From NCBI GenBank assembly GCA_047285805.1, contig JBJBCN010000002.1, positions 320,001-384,000 of the forward strand: a stretch of DNA of 64,000 nucleotides, read 5' to 3'. The DNA comes from Synechococcus sp. (lineage in GTDB: Bacteria; Cyanobacteriota; Cyanobacteriia; PCC-6307; Cyanobiaceae). The notes beneath the pieces were generated by a model. That model had not been told where the DNA came from. It saw only the letters and a list, made by a program, of their open reading frames with translations, and ran no database searches. The position numbers and the translations under genes were made by a program. Shown in pieces: positions 32,441 to 43,312 of this stretch (position 1 is its first letter; the number at the start of each line of letters is the position of its first letter).

Positions 32441-33166
32441 ATGACCTGGCGTTGGATACCTCCGTTGACGGCTGACGGCCAACTCCAGATGGCCGTAGAT
32501 CGCTGGATGCATGCCCGGCAGTGCGACGGCCACGCCTCCCCCATGCTTCGGCTCTACCGCTGGAGTCAGCCGACCCTGTCCATCGGGCGGCATCAACGCC
32601 TGATCGAGCCCCACTGGATCGCTCTGGCGGAGCAGGGGCGGTTGCGCTTAATCCGTCGCCCCAGCGGTGGTCGGGCAGTCCTGCATGCAGGAGAGCTCAC
32701 CTATGCCTTGGCCTGCCGGCCGAGGACGACCCATCGGCTCACGGCCTACGCCGAGGCCTGTCAGTGGTTGGTAGCTGCCTTCGAGGCCTTGGGGGTGCCG
32801 CTGCACTTCGGCTCTGTCAGGGCTGCGGCGGCGGCCCAACGCGGGAATTGTTTCGCCAGCGGGACGGCCGCTGATTTAGTGCAGACCAATGGCGCAAAGC
32901 GCATTGGCAGTGCCCAGCTCTGGAGTGGGCCATGCCTGCTGCAGCACGGCAGTGTCTTGCTTCAGCCTCCCCAGGACCTCTGGCAGGAGGTTTTCTCCAG
33001 TCCGGCCCCCACTCTCGAGCCCTTGCCTGAATTGGCGGTGATGGAGGCGTTGCAGCGGGCTGCGCTCGATCACCTCTGCGGCGGACTGCTGCACCACCAA
33101 CCGCTCGGCCCCCAGGACTGGGGGCAGATTGAGGGGCTCGAAGACCAGGCCGCCCTCGGTCTTTAA
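32441..33166 (+). CDS. Lipoate-protein ligase family
   Basis: QMAVD, LRLYRW, RRPSGGRAVLH, KRIGSAQ, LQHGS. Confidence 0.9.
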   Translation: MTWRWIPPLTADGQLQMAVDRWMHARQCDGHASPMLRLYRWSQPTLSIGRHQRLIEPHWIALAEQGRLRLIRRPSGGRAVLHAGELTYALACRPRTTHRLTAYAEACQWLVAAFEALGVPLHFGSVRAAAAAQRGNCFASGTAADLVQTNGAKRIGSAQLWSGPCLLQHGSVLLQPPQDLWQEVFSSPAPTLEPLPELAVMEALQRAALDHLCGGLLHHQPLGPQDWGQIEGLEDQAALGL

Positions 33167-34389
33167 GCCTCGGGATTGCTCTCGATGGTGCGGGCCACCG
33201 GCGGAAGCATCATCCCCAGTGGGTAGACGCCCTGGCGCCGTGCCGCCTCGAGGATGGGAAGGGGCAAGCGGACGCCCATCTCCTTGAGGACCCTTTCCGC
33301 AAGCTCGGGGCGCTCCAGGGTTCCACTGGGTAATCCAGCGGGACCGAGCACCAGCAGGCGATTGACGTCGGGCTGGTCGAGCTGGAGGATCGCCTGCCAA
33401 AGCGGTGTGTTGTCGCGGATCGTCGGCAGCTGATCGAGCGGCTGCAGGTGGTCGCTGATGCACTCCTCATCCCAGCGCTGAACGGGTAGGGCCTGCAGTG
33501 GGGCATCGGTGATGAAGCCCTTCCAGCGGCCCCGATCACAGACCAGCAACCAATCGGCGAGTCCGTTCTCGTCGCTCAGTCGAATCCGGCTCAGCTCCCG
33601 CAGGCTCGCGTCGGCCTCGAGCACCCGGAAGCGCCGTTGCGCGGCATCTTTGACCTGCAGGCGCCTCAGGACACCCTGCAGCGCCAGCATCTGCGATTGG
33701 TTGCGGGCCGCCCCCAGGCCAAACCAGCCCAGCAGCATCAACCAAATCCCAGCGACCCCGGCCCCGCGTATCAGCAGAAAAGCACCCATGCCAATGGCAG
33801 AAAAGGCGAGCAACTTGCCGCTGGCGGTGGCGACCTGGATTCCCTTGCGTTGGCTGCCAGTGAACTGCCAGACCAGGGCCTTGAGGATCAGGCCGCCGTC
33901 CAGCGGCAGTCCGGGCAACAGGTTGAAGAGGGCCAAGATCAGATTCAGGCCCCCCAGTTCACTGACCATTGCACCCAGCAGGGGGGAGGCATGGCTGGCG
34001 CTGTGGCTGCTGAGCAGCAGCAGGGCTGAGAGCGCCAGGCTTACGAGTGGGCCAGCGGCGGCGACCCAGAGGGAGCCCATGGCCGTCGGGCATTCCCGCT
34101 CCACGCTCGCCACCCCGCCCAGGAGGAAGAGGGTGATGCTGCGGACCTTGACCCCCTGGCTGAGGGCGACTAGGGAGTGCCCTAGCTCATGGAGCAGCAC
34201 TGAGAGGAAAAGCAACAGGGCGGTGAGTAGGCCAATCGCCCAGAGCCAGGGCTCCTGGGTTTGGGCTGCGAACTGCTGGCTGTACTGCTGTTGGAAGACC
34301 ACCGTGGCCAGGGCCAAGATCAGAAACCAGCTGGGGTGAATGCGCAGAGGGATGCCCCGGATCCGCATCAGTTGCCAGCCTTCCCCCAC
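33163..34389 (-). CDS. Site-2 (M50) protease with CBS-like region
   Basis: HELGH, AAAGPLVS, FNLLPGLPLDGG. Confidence 0.93.
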   Translation of the reverse strand: MGEGWQLMRIRGIPLRIHPSWFLILALATVVFQQQYSQQFAAQTQEPWLWAIGLLTALLLFLSVLLHELGHSLVALSQGVKVRSITLFLLGGVASVERECPTAMGSLWVAAAGPLVSLALSALLLLSSHSASHASPLLGAMVSELGGLNLILALFNLLPGLPLDGGLILKALVWQFTGSQRKGIQVATASGKLLAFSAIGMGAFLLIRGAGVAGIWLMLLGWFGLGAARNQSQMLALQGVLRRLQVKDAAQRRFRVLEADASLRELSRIRLSDENGLADWLLVCDRGRWKGFITDAPLQALPVQRWDEECISDHLQPLDQLPTIRDNTPLWQAILQLDQPDVNRLLVLGPAGLPSGTLERPELAERVLKEMGVRLPLPILEAARRQGVYPLGMMLPPVARTIESNPEA

Positions 34390-34444
34390 GCGTCCTCGTC
34401 CGCTGGCCTGATCCTAGAAAGGACCTGCTTCCAGGGGCCACGAC

Positions 34445-35149
34445 ATGACGGTGCGTCCAGATTCCCCATTTGGGCCCAAGCCTTGGTTGAAGGTCTGTGG
34501 TCTGCGCACACCTGAGCAGGCCAGCGCCGTGGCCGCCCTGGGTGTGGATGCCATCGGCGTCATCGCCGTGGACGCCTCACCCCGTTGGTTGGCGCCCGCG
34601 GCCAGGCCGGCGTTGTTTGCAGCCGTCCACCAGGCCTCCAGCCGTTGCCTTGGAGTCCTGGTGGTGGCCGACCCCAGTGACGCGGAGCTGCCCGTTCTTG
34701 GCTTTGCAGGGGGGCATCAGGTGCTGCAGCTCCATGGTCAGGAGACCCCTGAGCGTTGTCTGCAGTTGCGGCACGCCCTGGGGCCCGATCTTCTGCTTTG
34801 GAAAGCGCTCCGCATTCGCGAACCCGAGGATTTGCGGCTGGCCGTGGACTTCGGATCGGTGGTCGACGGCCTGCTGCTGGATGCCTGGGTGCCCGATCAG
34901 CTCGGGGGGACTGGCCATCACATCCCAATCGAATGGCTGAGTGGATTTGAGCCCCCGCTGCCCTGGTGGCTGGCGGGTGGTTTGACCCCCGAGCGCATCG
35001 CCCCAGCCCTGGAGGCCCTGCAGGATCAACCTCCCTCTGGTTTGGATGTCTCCAGTGGGGTGGAGCGGGCCCCCGGGGATAAGGACCTCGCCAAAGTGCA
35101 CCAGCTGGTGGCCGCGTTGGTTCCCTTTCGCCAGGATTTGAGCAGTTAG
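34445..35149 (+). CDS. trpF: Phosphoribosylanthranilate isomerase
   Basis: LKVCGL, QLHGQE, LLDA..GGTG, LAGGL, DVSSGVE. Confidence 0.95.
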   Translation: MTVRPDSPFGPKPWLKVCGLRTPEQASAVAALGVDAIGVIAVDASPRWLAPAARPALFAAVHQASSRCLGVLVVADPSDAELPVLGFAGGHQVLQLHGQETPERCLQLRHALGPDLLLWKALRIREPEDLRLAVDFGSVVDGLLLDAWVPDQLGGTGHHIPIEWLSGFEPPLPWWLAGGLTPERIAPALEALQDQPPSGLDVSSGVERAPGDKDLAKVHQLVAALVPFRQDLSS

Positions 35150-35158
35150 GTCCAGTTC

Positions 35159-35659
35159 ATGGACGCCCAGCGCTCTGCCCCCGTGCTCCTCACCCTCGCC
35201 CTGGCCTCAGGCCTGGCTGTGCAAGCCCAGGACCTGGTGGGCTGCCGATTGGTTGGGGCCAGCCTCCAGTGCATTCCGGGGGGTACGGAGAGCGCCCAGC
35301 AGCAAATCAGCACCTTTCGTGATCAGATCTCCGCGGATCTGGAACTCGAAGGCGCGATCAAGCAGCAGATCAACGGACTCAAGTCGTTGGTGATCGCCGG
35401 TGAGGCGATTGAGGGTGGATTGTTGCAGGCCACAATCCAGGCGGACGACAACGCGTCCCTGGTGTCTCCCCAGTACCACTGGTACCGGAGGAGCCCAGGA
35501 GTGACGACCTGGCTTCTAATCGAGCAAGGCATGGGCACGACCTACGTGCCCGCGCCTGTCGATATCGGTCAACACATCATGGTCTTGGCCGTGGTCAAGC
35601 AGGAAGGTCAGGTGAAACGCATCGCTTCCGCCCCGGTCGGTCCCGTGCTGGCGCGTTAG
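35159..35659 (+). CDS. Exported hypothetical protein with Ig-like C-terminus
   Basis: Signal peptide, GC..LQCIPG, YHWYR..TYVP..DIG. Confidence 0.65.
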   Translation: MDAQRSAPVLLTLALASGLAVQAQDLVGCRLVGASLQCIPGGTESAQQQISTFRDQISADLELEGAIKQQINGLKSLVIAGEAIEGGLLQATIQADDNASLVSPQYHWYRRSPGVTTWLLIEQGMGTTYVPAPVDIGQHIMVLAVVKQEGQVKRIASAPVGPVLAR

Positions 35660-36375
35660 CCAAGCATCGACTCCTGCTGTTTTACCAGTTCAAAGAACTC
35701 GGCTTTGAGGCTGGAGTCATGGCGGAAGTCGCCGCGGACAACGGAGTTCACCATGCTGGTCTGGGGCTCCCTTACGCCGCGCCACTTCATGCAGTAGTGC
35801 TGAGCCTTGACGAGGATGGCCAGGCCCTGCGGCTCGCAGAGGCGCTCAATCTCGTCAGCCAAGATCATCACTGCTTCTTCCTGAATGTGGGGACGGGAGA
35901 AGACCCAGTCGGCCACGCGGGAGAACTTGGATAGACCGATCACGCGCTCGCCTGGTTTGATGCCGATCCAGCAATTGCCCAGGATCGGAACCAGGTGATG
36001 GGAGCAGGCTGAGCGCACCGTGATAGGACCAACCGTGTAGATCTCGTCGAGCTTTTTGACGTTGGGGAAGCTCGCAATCTTGGGTTGGTGGTGATAGCGA
36101 CCCTTGAACACCTCATGGAGGTACATGCGGGCCACACGCTCCGCAGTCTCCTCGGTGTTGTGGTCGTTGTCGATATCGATCACCAAGCTGCGTAGCAGCT
36201 CGCGCACCTTGCCAGCGACCTCGATTTCCAGTTGATCGAGTTCACCGTCGTTGAGGTGCTTGGCGATGTTGTCGTTCGCCAGGAAGGGGACGCCAGCAGA
36301 CTCGAGGCGGTCGCGGATGCGCCGGCTGACAGGAACGAGCTGGCCGGCAATGCTCGAGGGCAGGGTTGAAGTCAT
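35656..36375 (-). CDS. folE: GTP cyclohydrolase I
   Basis: SACSHHLVP, IGLSKFSR, HIQE, HYCMKWRG. Confidence 0.96.
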   Translation of the reverse strand: MTSTLPSSIAGQLVPVSRRIRDRLESAGVPFLANDNIAKHLNDGELDQLEIEVAGKVRELLRSLVIDIDNDHNTEETAERVARMYLHEVFKGRYHHQPKIASFPNVKKLDEIYTVGPITVRSACSHHLVPILGNCWIGIKPGERVIGLSKFSRVADWVFSRPHIQEEAVMILADEIERLCEPQGLAILVKAQHYCMKWRGVREPQTSMVNSVVRGDFRHDSSLKAEFFELVKQQESMLG

Positions 36376-36398
36376 GAACTTATATTACAGGACCTTAT

Positions 36399-37130
36399 TC
36401 AAAGGACGCCCGCCGCGGGCATAAGGGTGATGTCCTCCACAAGGTTGGAGGAAGGTTGCTGGGCCAAAGACAGTAGAGCCTCGGCCACGCGGTCTGGACT
36501 GAGCATGGCATGCCGGTCGAAAGAACTGTGGACGGTTTCGCTGTCCCATAGGGGCGTATTGACCGCACCCAAGGTGAGGGTCGATACACGGATTCCGTGC
36601 TGTCGTTCCTCCTCAGCGAGGCAGCGGCTAAAGGAGGCGAGTGCCGCCTTGGTTGTGCAGTAGGCCCCCCACTCCGGGAAGGCATTGCGGGCCGCGTGGC
36701 TGCTGACATTGATTATCAGGCCGCGGGTCTGGCGTAGGGCTGGCAGGACAGCTTGGCAGGTTTGAACCACGCTTGTGAGGTTGAGCTGCAGCAACCACTG
36801 CCACTGGTCCAGCGGCATCTGAGCGAGAGCACCCGTGTAGGCCGCTCCGGCGTTGTTGATCAGGACCGTAGGAACGAGTCCGCAGTTGAGCAGGTCCTCA
36901 AGAGCCGGACTGATGGCCTGGGGATTAGAGAGATCGACGGCGATCGTCTCGACCCGGCAGGTAGGACTGCGGAGCTCAGCGGCCAGCTGCTCGAGGTCCG
37001 GCTTGGACCTCGCCAAGAGCAAGAGCTGATAGCCCGCCTGGGCAAAGGACCGGGCCGCGGCAGCGCCAATGCCCCTGGAGGCCCCGGTGATCAGGGCTAC
37101 GGGGGGTGGGGCGGATGCGGAGGAGCTCAA
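36399..37130 (-). CDS. SDR oxidoreductase
   Basis: TGASRGIG, NNAG, YCTTK. Confidence 0.92.
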   Translation of the reverse strand: MSSSASAPPPVALITGASRGIGAAAARSFAQAGYQLLLLARSKPDLEQLAAELRSPTCRVETIAVDLSNPQAISPALEDLLNCGLVPTVLINNAGAAYTGALAQMPLDQWQWLLQLNLTSVVQTCQAVLPALRQTRGLIINVSSHAARNAFPEWGAYCTTKAALASFSRCLAEEERQHGIRVSTLTLGAVNTPLWDSETVHSSFDRHAMLSPDRVAEALLSLAQQPSSNLVEDITLMPAAGVL

Positions 37131-37175
37131 CGGCGCGCGTGGGCCGCAGGGGCCCCAAGGAAACCGTGGAAAACC

Positions 37176-38165
37176 TTAAGTGCTCAGGCTTGCGTCTTGG
37201 GCCCCGGACTCTAGGAAGCGCCCCATCCGGCGGAACTTGGCGTAGCGCTGGTCCACGAGCTTCTCTTCGCTGAGGGCCTGCAGCGGTGAGAGCTGGTGCA
37301 GGAGTGCCGCCTTGAGGTTCTCGGCCGCCTGGCGCGGGGCCCAGTGGTTGCCCCCGGAGGGTTCAGGAATGATCTCGTCGATGATTCCGAGCTTGAGCAG
37401 ATCCGGTGCGGTGATTTTCAGTGCTTCTGCGGCCACGGGTGCCTTGCCGGCATCGCGCCAGAGGATCGAGGCGCAGGCCTCTGGGCTGGCCACGGTGTAA
37501 ACGCTGTGCTGGAACATCAGCAGCCGGTCGGCAACGCCGATGCCCAGGGCTCCGCCGGAGCCGCCTTCACCTATGACGGTGGCCAAGATCGGAACCCGCA
37601 GTTTGAACATCTCCCGCAGATTTACGGCGATCGCTTCCCCTTGGCCCTGTTCTTCGGCTAGCAGACCGGCATAGGCGCCAGGGGTATCGATGAAGCTCAG
37701 GATCGGCAGCCGGAAACGATCGGCATGCTCCATCAGTCGCATCGCCTTGCGATAGCCCCCGGGTGAGGCCATCCCGAAATTGCGGCGAACGTTTTCCTTG
37801 GTGTCCCGACCTTTTTGGTGACCGAGCAGGACAACACCCTGGTCTCCAATGCGGCCCACACCACCTACGAGGGCCTGGTCGTTGCTGCCACGACGGTCCC
37901 CATGCAGTTCGATGAACTCATCGGTCAGCACCTGGATGTAATCGAGGGTGCTGGGTCGCTGGGGGTGGCGGGCGACCTGAATCTTCTGCGCTGGGCTCAG
38001 ATTGCAGAAGATCTCCTCGCGACGACGGGCCGCCAGGGTCTCGAGTTGAAGCAGCTGCTGACTGACGTCAACTTCAGAGTCTTTGGCCAGCTGCCGGATT
38101 TGGTCGATCTGCTCCTCCAGCTCCACCAGGGGCTTCTCGAAGTCGAGCAGGGGACGACGGGCCAT
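37176..38165 (-). CDS. accA: Acetyl-CoA carboxylase carboxyltransferase alpha
   Basis: [30 protein letters not shown]. Confidence 0.98.
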   Translation of the reverse strand: MARRPLLDFEKPLVELEEQIDQIRQLAKDSEVDVSQQLLQLETLAARRREEIFCNLSPAQKIQVARHPQRPSTLDYIQVLTDEFIELHGDRRGSNDQALVGGVGRIGDQGVVLLGHQKGRDTKENVRRNFGMASPGGYRKAMRLMEHADRFRLPILSFIDTPGAYAGLLAEEQGQGEAIAVNLREMFKLRVPILATVIGEGGSGGALGIGVADRLLMFQHSVYTVASPEACASILWRDAGKAPVAAEALKITAPDLLKLGIIDEIIPEPSGGNHWAPRQAAENLKAALLHQLSPLQALSEEKLVDQRYAKFRRMGRFLESGAQDASLST

Positions 38166-38203
38166 GGCAGCGGGTGTAAGGGACAGGCGTTGAACCGGAA
38201 GGC

Positions 38204-39268
38204 CTAGGCAGCGGCCAGTTCCAGGTCGGGGTTGCCGGAGCTGTTGGGGGATTGGTTCAGACCAATGGAGCGGAAACCATGCCGCAGGGAGGCCTCACCA
38301 ATGAGCTCCATGTTTGCGATTGAAATGCGATTGCGTCCCCAGCTGAAGTTGGTGTGAATGCCTTCAAATTCCAGCAGCATTGCCTCCGCAAAGCAAGCGA
38401 ACAACTGGCGTTTGGGGTTCTCCATCTCCACAACTTCCATCATCTGCCAGCTGATGTCCTGCCAGAACTCAACGATTCCGCCCTTGAGGACATGGACTCC
38501 CTCGCCGGCCACCTTGGCGTCCAGGTTCTTGGGGTAGCCGCCGTCAACCATCAGGCAGGGTTTCCGCAGGCTCCCCTGATCAATGGTCAGGGTCTGGGGA
38601 AGGCTCGCGACCCAAACCACTACATCTGCTTCAGGCAGCGCCTCTTCGAGGGTCAGTATTCGCCCGCCGCCCAGGGACTCCTGCAAGTCCGTGAGCCGCT
38701 GTTGCTGACGGGCTACCAGCATCAGTTCGCCGACGCCGGTTTTCTGCGTGAGCCAGCGGCACACGGCACTGCCGATGTCACCGGTGGCACCTACCACGGC
38801 CACCTTGGCTTGGCTCAGATCAATGCCCAGCAGCGGTGCATTGGTTTCGACCTGTTGGCAGATCACCCAAGCGGTGTGGGTGTTTCCGGTGGTGAACCGC
38901 TCCCACTCAAGGGTGGTGTTGCGGATTTGCTGGAACTTCGAGAGGTCGTAATTCTCGAAAATGATCGAGGTGAATCCGCCCAGGGCTGTGACGTTGATGC
39001 CGTTCTTCTGCGCCAATTCCATGGCGTTCTGAACCTTTCGGGTCGCTGTCTTGAAGCGACTCAGCATCTCCGGCACGAAGCAGGAGTCGATGTAGGTCCC
39101 TTGGATGGTGGCACCGGTCTTGCTGGTGACCTCAAAGGTCTCCAGCAGCTGGGGAGGGGCCGAACACCAGGAGAGGAGGTCCGCCTCGGCCATCTCCTCA
39201 AGCCCCAAGTCAAGGGCCTTTTCCTGGGCCTGCGCAAAGCTGCTGGAGTGACCGATCAGACCAAACAT
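38204..39268 (-). CDS. aar: Acyl-ACP reductase (alkane pathway)
   Basis: [37 protein letters not shown]. Confidence 0.96.
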   Translation of the reverse strand: MFGLIGHSSSFAQAQEKALDLGLEEMAEADLLSWCSAPPQLLETFEVTSKTGATIQGTYIDSCFVPEMLSRFKTATRKVQNAMELAQKNGINVTALGGFTSIIFENYDLSKFQQIRNTTLEWERFTTGNTHTAWVICQQVETNAPLLGIDLSQAKVAVVGATGDIGSAVCRWLTQKTGVGELMLVARQQQRLTDLQESLGGGRILTLEEALPEADVVVWVASLPQTLTIDQGSLRKPCLMVDGGYPKNLDAKVAGEGVHVLKGGIVEFWQDISWQMMEVVEMENPKRQLFACFAEAMLLEFEGIHTNFSWGRNRISIANMELIGEASLRHGFRSIGLNQSPNSSGNPDLELAAA

Positions 39269-39346
39269 TCCTAGGGGCTCTCCTGGTGGGACACCGGCCA
39301 AGACACCTGATTAAAGGGCAGCGCCGGCTCGTTCAGGCTGGTGGCT

Positions 39347-40060
39347 TCAGCCGACCAGAGCGGCGGCCGCCATGCGGGCGATTTCGCGTGTGCTGAAACC
39401 GATCTCGGTCAGGGCTTCCTGGTAGGCGATCAGGAAGTCTTCGATCAGGTCCTCCTTGTCCATGTGCAGTACTGCTGCATCACCAGCAACCTCATCCAGC
39501 ATCCTGCGGATCAGGGGCAGGTTCTCGCGGTTGGCTTTCTCAAGTTCGTCGCGGCAGGTCTCGAGATTGGCCTTGAGCCAGACCTCGCCGTAATTGAGGT
39601 GGGTGTATTCGTCCTTCACCACCCCTTCGGTGATCTTGCGGGCGAAGGGGTCGGCGACAGGGATATAGATGTGATAGGCGGAGATGGCGAAGGCCTCGAT
39701 CAGCAGGGCCTGGATCAGCAGACAGGTCGCCACCTTGCCCTCGGCGAGGGCCTTCTGGAAGTTGCCGTGGAGGGGGGCAAAGAATTCCTTCGCGAACGCC
39801 ATGTCGGCGGTGACACCAAGGTTGTTGGCACAGGCGGTGAAACCCTTCATGTGCTTCATCTCCATCCGAGCCAACTTGGTCAGCTCATCGGCCTGGTCGG
39901 GAAGCAGGGTGCCAATCGAGATGTAGTTGTCGTGGGCTTCCTGCTCGCCTTCGATCACGATCGCGTTGATCCGGCTGTAGGCGTCCTTGTAGTTCGCGCA
40001 GGTGAAATCGGGAAGCGAAGCGCCCGCCGTAGGCACATCAGTGGCTTCAAGGGTCGCCAT
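39347..40060 (-). CDS. ado: Aldehyde-deformylating oxygenase
   Basis: [28 protein letters not shown]. Confidence 0.97.
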   Translation of the reverse strand: MATLEATDVPTAGASLPDFTCANYKDAYSRINAIVIEGEQEAHDNYISIGTLLPDQADELTKLARMEMKHMKGFTACANNLGVTADMAFAKEFFAPLHGNFQKALAEGKVATCLLIQALLIEAFAISAYHIYIPVADPFARKITEGVVKDEYTHLNYGEVWLKANLETCRDELEKANRENLPLIRRMLDEVAGDAAVLHMDKEDLIEDFLIAYQEALTEIGFSTREIARMAAAALVG

Positions 40061-40167
40061 GGCTACCGAGAACACGTTGCAATGGGGTTGACTGTAACCA
40101 TCCCCACAAGCCCAAGACGGGGTTTGGCTGCTTTTGCGCACCTCCCTTTGTCTGCAGGCGGTGTTCT

Positions 40168-40992
40168 TCAGGGTTGGGTTCCGGCCTTCCGAGGGGGCCA
40201 ATCGCTGTTCAGCAGTGTCATGAAGAGGCCGCTCCAGCCCTGCACAAGCCTTGCTTGAAGCGCTTCCCCCAAGGCCCCGCTGGCTTGGCGGGCATCGCCG
40301 ATGACGCCGCTGGCGCTGAGGTCCTGGGTCAGCCAGGCATTTGGTACGGCTCCCTCCAGGCTCCAACCCTGGGGAGGCTGGTCGACCTGAAAACCATCGA
40401 TGGGCCGCTCCGGGCCGACCAATTCAGGCTGCAGCTGCAGCATCAGGCTGGTCTCGGCCTGCCCCGCGTGTAGCCCCTGGTGGCGCTCGGGCTCAGGAAT
40501 CAAGCTGCTGAGTCCTTGAGGGCCACTCCAGAGGAAACAAGGCAGCACCCCAAGGGACGGGTGGGCAGCCCTGAGTTGGCGCGCGGCCACCTGGAGTAGG
40601 GCGGTCTGTCCGCCGTGCCCGTTGAAGAGCACCAGGCGTTGGAAGCCGGCGGCCGCCAGCTGGCTTCCGATCGCCTCGATGCTGCCCAGGAGTATTTCCG
40701 CCGGCAGGCTCAGGCTGCCGGGAAAGCCGAGGTGCTCAGGCGAGAAGCCCAGGCTTTGAACCGGGAGACGCCAGATCGGGGCCTGCGGCGGCAGGAACTC
40801 GAGCACTTGATCGAGGATCTGCTCGGCGAAGAGCGCATCGGTCCCCAGGGGAAGGTGCGGCCCGTGTTGCTCCACGGCACCAAAGGGCCAGACAACGGTG
40901 CTACCCGGAGTTTGGGCGGCGGCTTGAACCGCGGGCCAGTTCAGGTGGTCGAGGCGACGAGACCCCTGCCAGGAGTGTGCGTCTTCGCCCAT
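40168..40992 (-). CDS. Creatininase family protein
   Basis: [29 protein letters not shown]. Confidence 0.92.
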   Translation of the reverse strand: MGEDAHSWQGSRRLDHLNWPAVQAAAQTPGSTVVWPFGAVEQHGPHLPLGTDALFAEQILDQVLEFLPPQAPIWRLPVQSLGFSPEHLGFPGSLSLPAEILLGSIEAIGSQLAAAGFQRLVLFNGHGGQTALLQVAARQLRAAHPSLGVLPCFLWSGPQGLSSLIPEPERHQGLHAGQAETSLMLQLQPELVGPERPIDGFQVDQPPQGWSLEGAVPNAWLTQDLSASGVIGDARQASGALGEALQARLVQGWSGLFMTLLNSDWPPRKAGTQP

Positions 40993-41055
40993 TGAGCCGT
41001 CTTCAACCAAGAAGGGTCCTCCCTACAGTGTGACGGTGTGCGTCTTTGCTTGGTC

Positions 41056-42408
41056 ATGGCCGGTTCCGGCACTCCCCAGCCCTCCCAGCCCTCTGCCAAG
41101 CAGCAACCAGCCTCGGCCCGTCCGATGCCCCCATCGCCGCAGCGTTCCGCCGCCGAGCCGCCGCCGGTTCGCAAGCCTCCCCAGGTTCTGCAGATCAATA
41201 AGAAAGAAGAGCAGCTGCGTTTAGAGCGCGAAGCAGCTGAAGCCCGTGTCACCGCCGAAGCTGCTGCCCAGCGCGCTGCGGAACTTGAAGACGCCGCCCG
41301 GGCGGCCCGCGGTGAGGCACCGGTTGCCCCCCAACGGCCCGCTTCTTCTCCCCCCAGCAACAGCAGTGACGACGAGCTGTTTGACATGAGCGGCTTGGAG
41401 GGCCTGAGCATGGCCGACCTGCTCGGTCCCGATGACCGCAACAAGGGTCGTCGCTCCGGCGGATCCCGCATGGCGGTTCCCCAGACGAAGCCTGCGGCTG
41501 TCCCCTCCCGCTCGGTCGACGATTTCGACTTCGATGAGGAGGCCTTCCTGGCGGCCCTCGATGAGCAGGATTTCGTCGGCACCACCGGTGAAGTGGTTAC
41601 CGGCACCGTCATCGCCATGGAGAGCGACGGCGTCTATGTCGATATCGGTGGCAAGGCCCCTGGCTTCATGCCGAAGAAGGAATGCGCCCTTGGGGTCATC
41701 ACCAACCTCAAGGAGCGTTTCCCTAAAGGCCTGACCGTCGAGGTGCTCGTCACCCGCGAGCAGAACGCCGATGGCATGGTCACCATCAGTGCCCGTGCCC
41801 TGGCCCTGCGTCAAAGCTGGGAGAAGGTCCGCGCCCTGGAGAAAGAGGGCAAAGTCCTGCAGGTCAAGGTCAACGGCTTTAACCGCGGCGGCATCACCTG
41901 CGACGTCGAAGGTCTGCGCGGCTTCGTACCCCGCTCCCAGCTTCAGGAGGGTGAAAACCACGAGACACTCGTTGGTAAAACCCTTGGGGTGGCTTTCCTG
42001 GAGGTCAATCCCGATACCCGCAAGCTGGTGCTCTCTGAGAAGAAGGCGGCCACCGCATCCCTCTTCCAGAACCTTGAGGTGGGTCAGTTGGTAGAGGGTC
42101 AGGTGGTGGCAATCAAGCCCTACGGCTTGTTTGTTGATCTGGGTGGAGTTAGCGGCCTGTTGCACCACTCGGTGATCACCGGCGGTCAGATGCGTGATCT
42201 GCGTGAGGTTTTTGGCCAGGGCGATCGCGTCAAGGCGTTGATCACTGAGTTGGATCCCGGTCGCGGCCGCATCGCACTTAACACGGCCCTGCTCGAAGGT
42301 CAGCCCGGTGAGTTGTTGATCGAGCGCGACAAAGTCATGGCCGAAGCCGCCGATCGCGCCAACAGGGCTCGTAACGTGCTGCGTCACCAGGAACAATCCG
42401 CCGGATGA
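41056..42408 (+). CDS. S1 RNA-binding protein (ribosomal S1 paralog)
   Basis: Three S1 domains: VDIGGKAPGF, LRGFVPRS, FVDLGGVSGLLH. Confidence 0.92.
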   Translation: MAGSGTPQPSQPSAKQQPASARPMPPSPQRSAAEPPPVRKPPQVLQINKKEEQLRLEREAAEARVTAEAAAQRAAELEDAARAARGEAPVAPQRPASSPPSNSSDDELFDMSGLEGLSMADLLGPDDRNKGRRSGGSRMAVPQTKPAAVPSRSVDDFDFDEEAFLAALDEQDFVGTTGEVVTGTVIAMESDGVYVDIGGKAPGFMPKKECALGVITNLKERFPKGLTVEVLVTREQNADGMVTISARALALRQSWEKVRALEKEGKVLQVKVNGFNRGGITCDVEGLRGFVPRSQLQEGENHETLVGKTLGVAFLEVNPDTRKLVLSEKKAATASLFQNLEVGQLVEGQVVAIKPYGLFVDLGGVSGLLHHSVITGGQMRDLREVFGQGDRVKALITELDPGRGRIALNTALLEGQPGELLIERDKVMAEAADRANRARNVLRHQEQSAG

Positions 42409-43304
42409 TTCAGGCCACCGAGCCCGCGAGTCCTGCACGCCTGCAGGCTGATTGGGAGCTGGATTACTACTCCCGGCCAATCCTTGAAGAGGATGGAAAG
42501 AAGCGTTGGGAGCTTTTGATCTGCAGTTCCCCCTCCGGCGCCAAACCGGAGCGCTCCTTTCGGTGGGTCATGAACTGCCCCGCCTCCAGCGTGAACTCCC
42601 AGTGGCTGAAGACCGCCCTGGAGCAGGCCATTGAGCAGGCTGATGCCGAGGGGTTCGATCCCCCGCGCAAGATTCGCTGCTGGCGTTCGTCCATGCGCAC
42701 GATGGTGCAACGGGCCGCTGATCAGCTTGGCCTGGAGCTGGTTCCCAGCCGCCGCTGTTATGCCCTGGTGGAATGGCTCCAGGAGCGTCAGGCCACGGTT
42801 TACCCCGAGGAAGAGGGCTACTTGGCTGGCCCTCTCGCCCCCCCTCCGCAGCCGATTCAGCCCGTCGCTGTTCCCCTGCCGGAGGCTGCCCGTGGTGATA
42901 GCTGGTCGTGGGCATCCCTGCAGATCGGCGTCCTTCGCGAGGCGATGACCTGGGATACGAGCTTCTCGGGGCTCGTCCCCTTGCCGGCTTCCCTGGACGA
43001 TGAGCTCATTGTCAGTGGCCTGCGCCTGTTCAGCGCGAGCCGCTCCCTGGCCATTGCTGGTTGGGTCTCCGGCCTTGAGCCGGTGCGGTTGGAGGTCTCT
43101 GGAGCGCAATTGGTGCTGGAGGCGGGGCAGGAAGATCGCTGGCTTCTTGGTCAACTGGAATCCGAGGAGGCTGAAGCCGCTGCTGCAGCGTTCCTAGCCG
43201 CCCGCAGCCAAGCCGGTGGTGTGCAATTCCTGGCGGTGCAATCCAGTCCAGATCAACCCGGTTTTGATGGCTTCTGGATTCTCCGGGACCTTCCCGATGC
43301 CTAA
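42405..43304 (+). CDS. Tab2/Atab2 RNA-binding protein
   Basis: WELDYYSRPILEEDGKKRWELLIC, GFWIL. Confidence 0.92.
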   Translation: MIQATEPASPARLQADWELDYYSRPILEEDGKKRWELLICSSPSGAKPERSFRWVMNCPASSVNSQWLKTALEQAIEQADAEGFDPPRKIRCWRSSMRTMVQRAADQLGLELVPSRRCYALVEWLQERQATVYPEEEGYLAGPLAPPPQPIQPVAVPLPEAARGDSWSWASLQIGVLREAMTWDTSFSGLVPLPASLDDELIVSGLRLFSASRSLAIAGWVSGLEPVRLEVSGAQLVLEAGQEDRWLLGQLESEEAEAAAAAFLAARSQAGGVQFLAVQSSPDQPGFDGFWILRDLPDA

Positions 43305-43312
43305 CGGGCTCC